Virus record (IMG/VR): IMGVR_UViG_3300025887_000011
Location: 27,808 to 91,807 of that record
DNA from: a virus
Direction: 5' to 3' (one strand)
Length of the DNA stretch: 64,000 nucleotides
Shown piece after piece: positions 56,469-64,000 of the stretch (positions are counted from its first letter, which is position 1; every line of letters starts with the position of its first letter). The notes below the pieces were generated by a model. The model did not search any database and was not told the origin of the DNA. It saw only the letters and a list, made by a program, of their open reading frames with translations. The position numbers and the translations under genes were made by a program.

Positions 56469-58328
56469 TTAATCAATGAACATCGGCGTGAATGTTCCTT
56501 GATTTATTTCTATCTTATCATCAAACATATCATAGTATACATTCATCATCCAGTTGCCAAGTATAAGAGCAGAATAAGAGTCTTTTCTCGCTTTATCAGC
56601 GCCTCTTTGTTTTCTGAGGTTCAAAGGTAAATCAAAGCTTTGTGTTCCTTGTGTTGATGTCGAAACTTGAACCATAGCACATTCAACTTTAATTAAGTCC
56701 ATCATATCTTTTTGATGTTCAACAAAATCTATCATTTTGGAAGCTTCAGAAGACTCGTTGTAATTAGGTATGAATTTTAAATCCTTAATTGGTATTTTTG
56801 ATTTTCTCTGAGCATTATAGTCGTCATCCATTGCAGCTCCAGCAAAGAATATTTTTTTGTGATCAAAAGATGCTTGAAGCAGTTCATTCGCGTAGCGAAT
56901 CCATTTTGAACTTGGCTTCCTTAATAAAACATAAGTTTTGCTGTCTTTGTTGTATTGTCTTTTAAGATCTCTCAATCCTTTGTCATAATTTTGATGGTCG
57001 TCTAAGTCAGCATCAATAAGGTTTAGTCTTAAATTTTTATCTTTAAAAATGCTACTTTCATTACATGAGTTTAGAAACTGAACGCCGCCGTTATAGTCTC
57101 CAACAATCGATACTATGTTAAAGTTTTGGATCAAATAAGCCATATACTTTATATGCGTTTTTAAGTTTGCTCCTGGTAATGCATAACTATGAACAATTGT
57201 CCCTTTTTTATCCTCATTGTTTAATTTTATGAGCATCATAGCAAAGTCATCAGAACCTTCGCTTTCCGACCAAGATGGGTCAAAAGCAAGTATATATTCA
57301 TCAGATGGTTGACCTATCACCTCAACGCTTTGACCTTCTCCATCAGGAATGGTACATGCCGCCATCTTACTTACCTTGAAATAACCAGAACTATCATCTG
57401 TAAAAACAGCCATAAATTCTCTGTCAAACTGAGACTGGCTCATGGTGGCTTTAGCCTGATCAATAAGGTTTTGATCATATAATTGTTGGGGCGCACAATC
57501 ATAACTAAAATGCATTATTGTTCTATGTGCCTTATCTTGAGCGTTTTCATTAAGAATTAATGACTCATACTGACAATACATCTTATACAGATGTTCGAAC
57601 CTATAAGATGCAGAAGACAAACCAATGATCTTGTTGTTAGGCCATTTATGTCTATCTTCCTCCTTCATCTTGCCCTGTTTAATCATCTCTGTTTCAATGT
57701 CGTAAGTTTCCTGTCTCTCCGTAGGGTTTTTGATAACGGAAAGGAAAGGCATTATCACCTCGTTAAGGACTTTTTCTGGCATAAGAAGAAGCTCGTCAAT
57801 AATCATCCTCTCAAAACGAAAACCACGAAGCTTCTCTCCGTCACCTAAAGGTAGCGCTGTTATTTTGCTAGCCCCAAGCTCCATAACCCATTGGTCATTG
57901 GCTTTAGATACTCTAGTTATACATTGAGAAAGAAACTCGGCTTTTGGACTGGCCGCTATCTCTTCCATCTTAGTAAATATCATTTTAGACTGTCGAAACG
58001 ACTTAGATATGATTCCAATGTGAACACCTTGGTTTAGAATAGCGTCTAATAGCGCAAAAACGGCCGTAGAGAAGCTTTTGGACATTCCACGACTCCATAT
58101 CCCCAAAAAGTAATCGGTCTCCATCATGGCCTTTATGGACATATGCTGGAAAGGGAACAATTTTACCCCAGTAATAAACTCCGCTGCGAAAGATGGGTTT
58201 TGCCTTAGAAATTTATAAAGCAGTATTTTTGCTTCGTCTTCTTCTATGTAACCATCTATATCTAGAATCTCTTGATTGATATTTGGGAATCTATTTCTAG
58301 ACTCTTGTATTCCTTTTTCCCAACTCAT
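56469..58328 (-). CDS. terL: Terminase large subunit
   Basis: LFPFQ, SRGMSKS (Walker A variant), LRG.R..IIDE, LSSA, FDREF.A.F, RNase H-like LAFDPS...DD...KDSYSA. Confidence 0.93.
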   Translation of the reverse strand: MSWEKGIQESRNRFPNINQEILDIDGYIEEDEAKILLYKFLRQNPSFAAEFITGVKLFPFQHMSIKAMMETDYFLGIWSRGMSKSFSTAVFALLDAILNQGVHIGIISKSFRQSKMIFTKMEEIAASPKAEFLSQCITRVSKANDQWVMELGASKITALPLGDGEKLRGFRFERMIIDELLLMPEKVLNEVIMPFLSVIKNPTERQETYDIETEMIKQGKMKEEDRHKWPNNKIIGLSSASYRFEHLYKMYCQYESLILNENAQDKAHRTIMHFSYDCAPQQLYDQNLIDQAKATMSQSQFDREFMAVFTDDSSGYFKVSKMAACTIPDGEGQSVEVIGQPSDEYILAFDPSWSESEGSDDFAMMLIKLNNEDKKGTIVHSYALPGANLKTHIKYMAYLIQNFNIVSIVGDYNGGVQFLNSCNESSIFKDKNLRLNLIDADLDDHQNYDKGLRDLKRQYNKDSKTYVLLRKPSSKWIRYANELLQASFDHKKIFFAGAAMDDDYNAQRKSKIPIKDLKFIPNYNESSEASKMIDFVEHQKDMMDLIKVECAMVQVSTSTQGTQSFDLPLNLRKQRGADKARKDSYSALILGNWMMNVYYDMFDDKIEINQGTFTPMFID

Positions 58329-59245
58329 TTTTCTTTTATATGTTTAGACCAAAAATAATTAACATCTGTTTTCCATATTTGTTTCCCCATAACCAATATC
58401 TTCGGTATGATTAATTCACTCATCTCTCTAGACCCAGAAAAGACAAACTGGCAGCAGTCTCCGTATTGTTTTTGCATCTCCCTAACATTATGGAAAACAT
58501 AGTCTATTTTATATTTTTTATAGCTTTTATAGTTATATTCTTGTATCTCCTCAAAAGGAAACTCCATAACAACAAACAAATAACAACCCAGATCTTTACA
58601 CCTTTCTAATTCTTTGCAGAATCTAGAATATCCAACTGTAACCGTACTACAAAAATCTCCAAACGATTTTCTATCTACATATGTGTAATCATAATTTTCA
58701 GAAGTTACACCATAATCTCCTACATCTAATTTATAAGATTCTGATTTATTAAACGATAGTGGTTGTTGCTCTCTGGTATCTATCAATATCTTTGTATTGG
58801 AATAGTCATCAAAAAAACTTTTTGGCAATTTTCTGTCTAATAAAGGTTTAACATCACAAGCTTCACAGGCGTAAGTGTAGCTGCCAAAATATTTCTTGTA
58901 TAAATCAATCGAAGGCAGACCAGCTGAAAGCATCTCCAACTCCGTTGGTCCATAATTTAAATCTTTTTCTGTTATTCTCTGATTAAGTAATTTACCAATA
59001 TATTCTTTTACTTCTTTACCATCAGCTTTCTCACACCACTCGGCAAGTTGACCTGGCTGAGAGAAATCTTTTCCAAAATACTCATCGTAATTCTTAAATG
59101 GTAACAGTTCTCCAGTAAGTTTATTCTTTCTGGCGTAATGTTTTACATAATAGTCGCCAAGAAACATCTTATGCTTCTTTATGTGAGCATGTAAACTTCT
59201 CAGGCTTTCAAAGCCCTGATTACATTCTTTGCATTTAAATGACAT
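58325..59245 (-). CDS. C2H2 zinc finger plus ERCC4 (XPF/Mus81-type) nuclease
   Basis: CKEC...LHAHIKKH; LIDTREQ, GDY, VDRKS..D, RF..EL.R. Confidence 0.82.
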   Translation of the reverse strand: MSFKCKECNQGFESLRSLHAHIKKHKMFLGDYYVKHYARKNKLTGELLPFKNYDEYFGKDFSQPGQLAEWCEKADGKEVKEYIGKLLNQRITEKDLNYGPTELEMLSAGLPSIDLYKKYFGSYTYACEACDVKPLLDRKLPKSFFDDYSNTKILIDTREQQPLSFNKSESYKLDVGDYGVTSENYDYTYVDRKSFGDFCSTVTVGYSRFCKELERCKDLGCYLFVVMEFPFEEIQEYNYKSYKKYKIDYVFHNVREMQKQYGDCCQFVFSGSREMSELIIPKILVMGKQIWKTDVNYFWSKHIKEK

Positions 59246-60284
59246 CGTCTTGGCTTATCCCTAATACTCTTGCTTTCCATTCAGCCATTCCCTCAAGTCT
59301 TTCGGCTTCTTTTTTAGCGGTTAGTTTTTGCATCTCTGCCATTCTTACCATATTGTCTCGCTCCTCCTTCTCTTGGAAGAGTTGGACGATAGATAGAATA
59401 GAGGCGTTGTCTTTAGTCTTGTTTTGCATCCTAGTTGACCTGTCACCCTGAAGTTTCTTTGTGAGGTTCTCAATTCGACCTTCGCACTGGTGGTATTCAG
59501 AACTTTTTGCTTTAATGATTTCGGCAAGACGAACAGACATTTCTGTTTGATCATCAGCAACATCAAACATATCGTTTAGTTTGTTCAGGTGTTTACTCAC
59601 AACCTCCAGATTGATAATTTCTTTACATACATTAAGGTAAAGATTGATTTCATCCGCAGTCAAGTCTGGTTTGTCCCACGTAAGTCTTACAAATTCTTCT
59701 TCAAATAAGTCTCTGTCGCTCTTGTCTAAATAATTGTTCATTATCTTCAAGAAGCGAGAGTTATTCAAATGTACGCCTAACCGCTCAACGCAAACTTGGT
59801 ATTGTCGGTTTAGCTTTGAATCTTCAAAGTCATTGCCTGTGGCTTCATTTATTTTTTTAATGATTCTACTTGAAGCTTTCGGGCCAACGTATGAATTCAA
59901 CGCCCCACTATCTTGAGTAGGTAAGAAGTCTGGGTTAACATCTCTTATAACCTCCAGAACTCCTCTTTGCTCAAGGCTTAGTGGAGAAACCCGCTTCTTT
60001 GGAAACAATAGTTTGGCTATTTCAAGAGAAGACAGTCCGTCTTCAGCTTGTTTCACTATAAACTCTTTTTGCTGTTCAGTAAAAACAATAGGGTCTTGTT
60101 TCGCCTTAAAGGATGTGTTGAATTTTATATCATTCTCAATTAAAAACTTTCTAACCAACCGTCCCTGTTTACTTCTGCCGTCAAGTGTTTCGTCTTCGAA
60201 GCATTTCCTCGTCATGACAATAAGATCATTAATCTTTTCGGCATTTTCTAGAATAAATTCTTTTTGTTTTTCTGTTAGGTCCAT
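59235..60284 (-). CDS. HTH plus coiled-coil protein, terminase small subunit candidate
   Basis: Two (L/F)TE.QKEFI..AE repeats, GLSSLEIAKLLF HTH, coiled-coil C-half; upstream of terL. Confidence 0.45.
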   Translation of the reverse strand: MDLTEKQKEFILENAEKINDLIVMTRKCFEDETLDGRSKQGRLVRKFLIENDIKFNTSFKAKQDPIVFTEQQKEFIVKQAEDGLSSLEIAKLLFPKKRVSPLSLEQRGVLEVIRDVNPDFLPTQDSGALNSYVGPKASSRIIKKINEATGNDFEDSKLNRQYQVCVERLGVHLNNSRFLKIMNNYLDKSDRDLFEEEFVRLTWDKPDLTADEINLYLNVCKEIINLEVVSKHLNKLNDMFDVADDQTEMSVRLAEIIKAKSSEYHQCEGRIENLTKKLQGDRSTRMQNKTKDNASILSIVQLFQEKEERDNMVRMAEMQKLTAKKEAERLEGMAEWKARVLGISQDDVI

Positions 60285-60351
60285 TTTCCTTATAAATACG
60301 TTCTTAAGTGTACTAATAGTGTATAAAGAGAGATAGTATAATATGGTATGT

Positions 60352-61053
60352 CTACTTATCCCCTAGTATTATATCATTATCTTTTATTATTTCTGCGGCT
60401 TTCTGCGCAAACATCTTTTTCAAATTCTTGACTTGTCTATAACCCGCTTTTCTTTTCTTCTCGTTTGTTTTATAACCCATAAACTTAGCCACATCTTCTT
60501 CAGAGGCTTCTTCAAAGAATAACATAGAGTAAGCTTTGTAGTGGATATCGGTTAAGGCTTTTTCCATATAGTAATTCAACTTAGCTATACAGTCATCAAA
60601 TTGAACGTCTCTTGATGTGTTAGATCCTATCTCATATAGATGGTCTTCTGTAGATACTGCAACCTTCAAATCAAAAGCTGGCTTCTTGGTCTTCTCCCAC
60701 TTCCTGTATTGTGGACACTCTCCATCCTGAATGCCGCTATTTGTAAAAGAACAATGATTGTCGGATAAATTATGAGAACAGTTTACACATGGCTTTATGT
60801 AATTGCCGTAATGGTTTCTAACTAAGTTTCTTATTTGATTAGTTACAATTATATTAACCCAAGGAGCTAGTGGGCGGGTTTGATCCCACATATCCCACTT
60901 TTTATAAATATGAAGCTTTATTACTTGCTCGACATCTTCGAAGTCAAACCAAGAGATGCAATTTAAACGCCATCTGCTTCTCTGTTTCTTGATGGCCTCT
61001 TCAACTATATCTATACAATCTTCAAATCTTTTTTTATCTTCGTTTGGCATCAA
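60352..61053 (-). CDS. Phage sigma factor (ECF-like) with Cys-rich insert
   Basis: FEDVEQ...H...W..WD..RPL..W...I..NQIRN..R (region 2); CVNC..C..C insert; EEDVAKFMGY HTH. Confidence 0.75.
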   Translation of the reverse strand: MMPNEDKKRFEDCIDIVEEAIKKQRSRWRLNCISWFDFEDVEQVIKLHIYKKWDMWDQTRPLAPWVNIIVTNQIRNLVRNHYGNYIKPCVNCSHNLSDNHCSFTNSGIQDGECPQYRKWEKTKKPAFDLKVAVSTEDHLYEIGSNTSRDVQFDDCIAKLNYYMEKALTDIHYKAYSMLFFEEASEEDVAKFMGYKTNEKKRKAGYRQVKNLKKMFAQKAAEIIKDNDIILGDK

Positions 61054-61366
61054 TAAAGTCTTCTAAGTTACTAGAACCCTTTCTTCTCGATGCCGCTTGC
61101 TGAGAACTATCTCCAGCTAAAGACCCAAAAGTGAATACGTTGTCGTTATACTGCTCTAAATCAACTTCAAGCCTTTTGATGTCTGGAACTTCATCTATAG
61201 AAGTCTCATCTTCGGCCAAAGATTCCTCATTTTTAGGAATTTTATTAGATTTCTTGTCAACAAGAGACGCTCCTCCAAATTTGCTTCCACAACCAGAGCA
61301 AAATTTTGGTTTGGAATAAGAATATTCTATCTTATTTCCGCATTCAGTACAAAAAACGTGGTTCAT
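61034..61366 (-). CDS. Zinc-ribbon protein with acidic tail
   Basis: FCTECG...KPKFCSGCG; overlaps the sigma gene start. Confidence 0.8.
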   Translation of the reverse strand: MNHVFCTECGNKIEYSYSKPKFCSGCGSKFGGASLVDKKSNKIPKNEESLAEDETSIDEVPDIKRLEVDLEQYNDNVFTFGSLAGDSSQQAASRRKGSSNLEDFIDAKRR

Positions 61367-61370
61367 ATTA

Positions 61371-61400
61371 AATATATAGACGTTTTTTGTTTATTTTCAA
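61371..61400 (-). promoter_or_regulatory. Possible sigma70-type promoter TTGAAA...TATAT(A/T)
   Basis: -35 at 61400-61395; TA-rich -10 within 61378-61371; ATG at 61366. Confidence 0.45.
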
Positions 61401-61498
61401 TTAAAAACCAATCATTACTAACCTTTAATTTTTTAGGCTTTTCGCAGCTTGAGCGTTGGCTGTTAGAATTAGTTTACAACACTTAATACACTTGTAAA

Positions 61499-62419
61499 CT
61501 ATAATATAGAGTCTTTAATTTGTATTCTTGTTAAAATATTATCGGTACCACGAACACCTAGTGTCTCCTCTCCGACAAAAGACCCTTTGGTAAGCCTTAA
61601 TTCAAAACCTTCAGGTTTAGAAGGTTGACCTATGCCACTCCCGTTAGAGTTGTATAAACCAACTGAAATATCTCCCGTAGTGGAGAAACCTTCATATGGC
61701 AAAAACATTTTAAAACCAGTAGCCGCAATATTAAGCTCTGCATCAACCGCATTAACTAAATAACTTTTCGGTTGACTATCATAAATACAAGATGTCTCAT
61801 TAGCCCCATATCTTTTGTCATAAGTAAGATCTAAAACCAACTTATCACCAACAACTTCTCCTTCTAACCCACTTAAGGAACATGTATGACCGTAAACAAA
61901 TTTATTGCTGTTTGATATTGAGTTGTAATACTCGTTTATAGTGCCAGTATAACCACTTATTGTGGTTTCTTTTGGCGGCTTAAAAGATTTCATTGTAGCC
62001 TTACATGTAACTGGCTGAAAAGGCTTAATGTTGAGACTGTAGTTAGTCAAATAACACTCCTCATAAACATTACCCCCAAACATAACTGGAAAAAAGTTTT
62101 TACCAGTCTCATTACCTCTTTGTAAAGATCCGTCCGTCCACTCATCAAACAAAAAACCATAAGCATTATCCATTTCGTTTTCCGCCAATAAAAAAAACTC
62201 TAACTCTAGTCTGCAATCCATAAAATTGTCAGTACCAAACTTTTTAGCCCTGGCGACACTATTCGCGGAACCTTTTCCTAATGTTTTTTGAGGGTTAGAC
62301 TTTACTGAGTGTTCGGCGACAACAGCATTGCAAGGAAGCATGTATCCACTGCCATCTCCTATGGAATTTATCCCACTATTTGGCAAACCGATGAAAAGCG
62401 GTACTTTATCGTACGTCAT
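61499..62419 (-). CDS. Divergent tail tube paralogue
   Basis: ECYLTNYSLNIKPFQPVTCKATMKSF matches the (N/G)(A/S)(F/Y)L..Y.L......P motif of the tube family; GTGTA-N9-ATG. Confidence 0.5.
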   Translation of the reverse strand: MTYDKVPLFIGLPNSGINSIGDGSGYMLPCNAVVAEHSVKSNPQKTLGKGSANSVARAKKFGTDNFMDCRLELEFFLLAENEMDNAYGFLFDEWTDGSLQRGNETGKNFFPVMFGGNVYEECYLTNYSLNIKPFQPVTCKATMKSFKPPKETTISGYTGTINEYYNSISNSNKFVYGHTCSLSGLEGEVVGDKLVLDLTYDKRYGANETSCIYDSQPKSYLVNAVDAELNIAATGFKMFLPYEGFSTTGDISVGLYNSNGSGIGQPSKPEGFELRLTKGSFVGEETLGVRGTDNILTRIQIKDSIL

Positions 62420-62459
62420 GCTTTTTTATACACTATTTTTTTATAAGAAGAACTTATAC

Positions 62460-62762
62460 TTAGCTCGCCGTACGTTTTAAAAGCCTTTTTAAACAAGAAG
62501 GGGATATGTCATATAGCCACAACCCGAAATTTATCATTTTTACTAATTTTTTTGGAATTTTATACCTCCTGAGAAGTTTTATAAAACTTTTTCTGTTGTG
62601 TTTTGCCGTGTTAGGGTACTTGTAAGTCAAATAATCATGGAATTTACCTGCTCTGTCTATTAGAGCCATGGTTTCTTCGCCGTACCTCTTCAAAATCCAC
62701 TTTCTAAAGAATTTAGGTAGCGAAGCTCCGTCACTTGCATCATAATTTTCCCATTCAGCCAT
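62460..62762 (-). CDS. DUF1353-like protein
   Basis: SDGASLP...AGKFHDYL; GTGTA motif 15 nt upstream. Confidence 0.6.
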   Translation of the reverse strand: MAEWENYDASDGASLPKFFRKWILKRYGEETMALIDRAGKFHDYLTYKYPNTAKHNRKSFIKLLRRYKIPKKLVKMINFGLWLYDISPSCLKRLLKRTAS

Positions 62763-62781
62763 AATTGCGTAAATTATTACA

Positions 62782-63684
62782 CTATTTGTCCGCTTTTCTC
62801 TTCTTTAAAAATGCCGCAAGTTCTTTCTCGCAGTGCTTGTTGCTCTTAGCAAGATTCTCATTACCCCACATAGGACGAAGATTCGTGTAATGCCACAAGT
62901 GTTTTTTATCTTCAAGATTATAAACAGAAGAAAGAGGTAATGTATGATCTACGTGCCACTTTGGGTTATTTGGATCCCAGTTTCCTTCCCAATTACCCCT
63001 ATTGTTCCATGTCATTCCGCCCTCAAACAAAGACTCAATATAACAACGAAAATCATGACCACTCAAACCTCTAATCTCATTGGTGGTTTCATTCTTGCCT
63101 CCAAGTGGCTCCAACGATCTCCTCATTGCTTTTTTCTGACAATCATCAAAACACCTCAACTCAAAATCTTCCCTGTTTAACCATAGTTCAAAATTATGAG
63201 CGGCGTGTGTTTGAGAATATTGGAAGAATACCATCCCATCTTCTCTTACATCACCCCTTTTTAATTTTCTCTCCTTCTTCGCAAACTCACCCCTTCTTCT
63301 TTGATCCTTTTGTTTTATTTTACCCAGATAGATTTCATAAGCCTCCATTGTTATCCAATTTTCAAAGTTTTTTTTCGGACTGGCAACAACTGAATAAGAA
63401 TAAAACACCATCCCATCTTTTCTTATATCGCCAAACTTATATTTTTTTTCAACGCTATTAAACAATGTCAATCTTTTTGGGCATTTTCTCCTTTCCTTTG
63501 CCTTTTTACTTTGACACTCTTTACAACAAGCTCTACGCTTATGTTTCGTTATATTATTAACACTAAAAGAATCCCAAACCTTAAACTCCCTACATTCTGT
63601 ACATTCCCTACCTTGTTCATTAACTATATGACCGTTTCTGTTTCTTGCCTCTTCCATATCTTTAAATAATGTTAATTGTTCCAT
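62782..63684 (-). CDS. Free-standing HNH endonuclease
   Basis: CTEC...CKEC zinc finger; two K.GD.R.DGMVF..YS...NFE.W repeats; WHVDH..PL...HYTNLRP.W..EN..KSNK. Confidence 0.85.
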   Translation of the reverse strand: MEQLTLFKDMEEARNRNGHIVNEQGRECTECREFKVWDSFSVNNITKHKRRACCKECQSKKAKERRKCPKRLTLFNSVEKKYKFGDIRKDGMVFYSYSVVASPKKNFENWITMEAYEIYLGKIKQKDQRRRGEFAKKERKLKRGDVREDGMVFFQYSQTHAAHNFELWLNREDFELRCFDDCQKKAMRRSLEPLGGKNETTNEIRGLSGHDFRCYIESLFEGGMTWNNRGNWEGNWDPNNPKWHVDHTLPLSSVYNLEDKKHLWHYTNLRPMWGNENLAKSNKHCEKELAAFLKKRKADK

Positions 63685-64000
63685 AAAAGTGATCGCGGTA
63701 TATTAATTATTATATATCATTTCTCATTTTTTTAAACACATAACGTTTTTTCACAAATAGACCCCCCAACTTGTGAAATTTAACTTATGCTTAATCCTAA
63801 ATAACACCCACGGTTTTTTTTAAACCCAACAATCTCTTGCATACCTTATTTGGGGCTTTTTTTTACTTATTCAGGGGGGCAAGGGCACCAGCCCCATTAC
63901 CTATTCCCATTTGCCATTGATAAACTGAGAAAAGACTCCCCCCCCCAAAATCTAACAACTAACAGCTAACAGTTTTCACTTATTGGGGTAGGGTATCTGT

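Noticed and set aside
402-63461. Many 60-170 aa ORFs antisense to or nested in long genes (e.g. 35592-36053, 42426-42929, 50797-51222, 52611-52973)
   Set aside because: Shadow frames of real genes: Ser/Leu/Phe-rich, no motifs, no promoters
1-64000. Alternative genetic code (TAG or TGA recoding)
   Set aside because: Coding density is high in the standard code, and TAG/TGA end genes at tight junctions (e.g. 25870, 49643, 44209)

Overview
A 64 kb segment of a large, AT-rich, tailed dsDNA bacteriophage (standard genetic code; no tRNA, CRISPR or integrase seen). Left part (1-22.8 kb, minus strand): a small Hfq/Sm-like protein, a ClpC/ClpA-type ATPase, a DnaE-type replicase split into three genes (PHP, DEDDh exonuclease, polymerase core), RecB/Cas4-like nuclease, primase, DnaB, RecA, an eight-gene glycan cassette (Gmd, GDPD-like, HAD-nucleotidyltransferase fusion, several glycosyltransferases, a sulfotransferase) and a class Id-type ribonucleotide reductase. 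A palindrome-rich divergent gap (22.8-23.2 kb) precedes a plus-strand operon (dNMP kinase, sigma factor, SSB, glycosyltransferase). The right part (26-62 kb) is morphogenesis: a 1944-aa tail-tube/LRR fusion, a duplicated Dit-like protein, a 3019-aa tape measure, paired chaperones, neck genes, two tandem tube genes, capsid, cement, protease/scaffold, portal, terminase, an ERCC4 nuclease, a second sigma factor and an HNH endonuclease. Two promoter classes are visible: TTGACA-N16-TATAAT-like, and a GTGTA(A/T)-rich late motif. Both often sit so close to the ATG that the mRNAs look leaderless. The most interesting hypotheses are (1) a phage-encoded virion glycosylation/sulfation system acting on Ser/Thr-Gly sites, (2) a tail built from five internally duplicated tube paralogues, one carrying a giant LRR, and (3) a phage Hfq-like RNA chaperone. 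All calls come from by-eye motif recognition; no searches were run.
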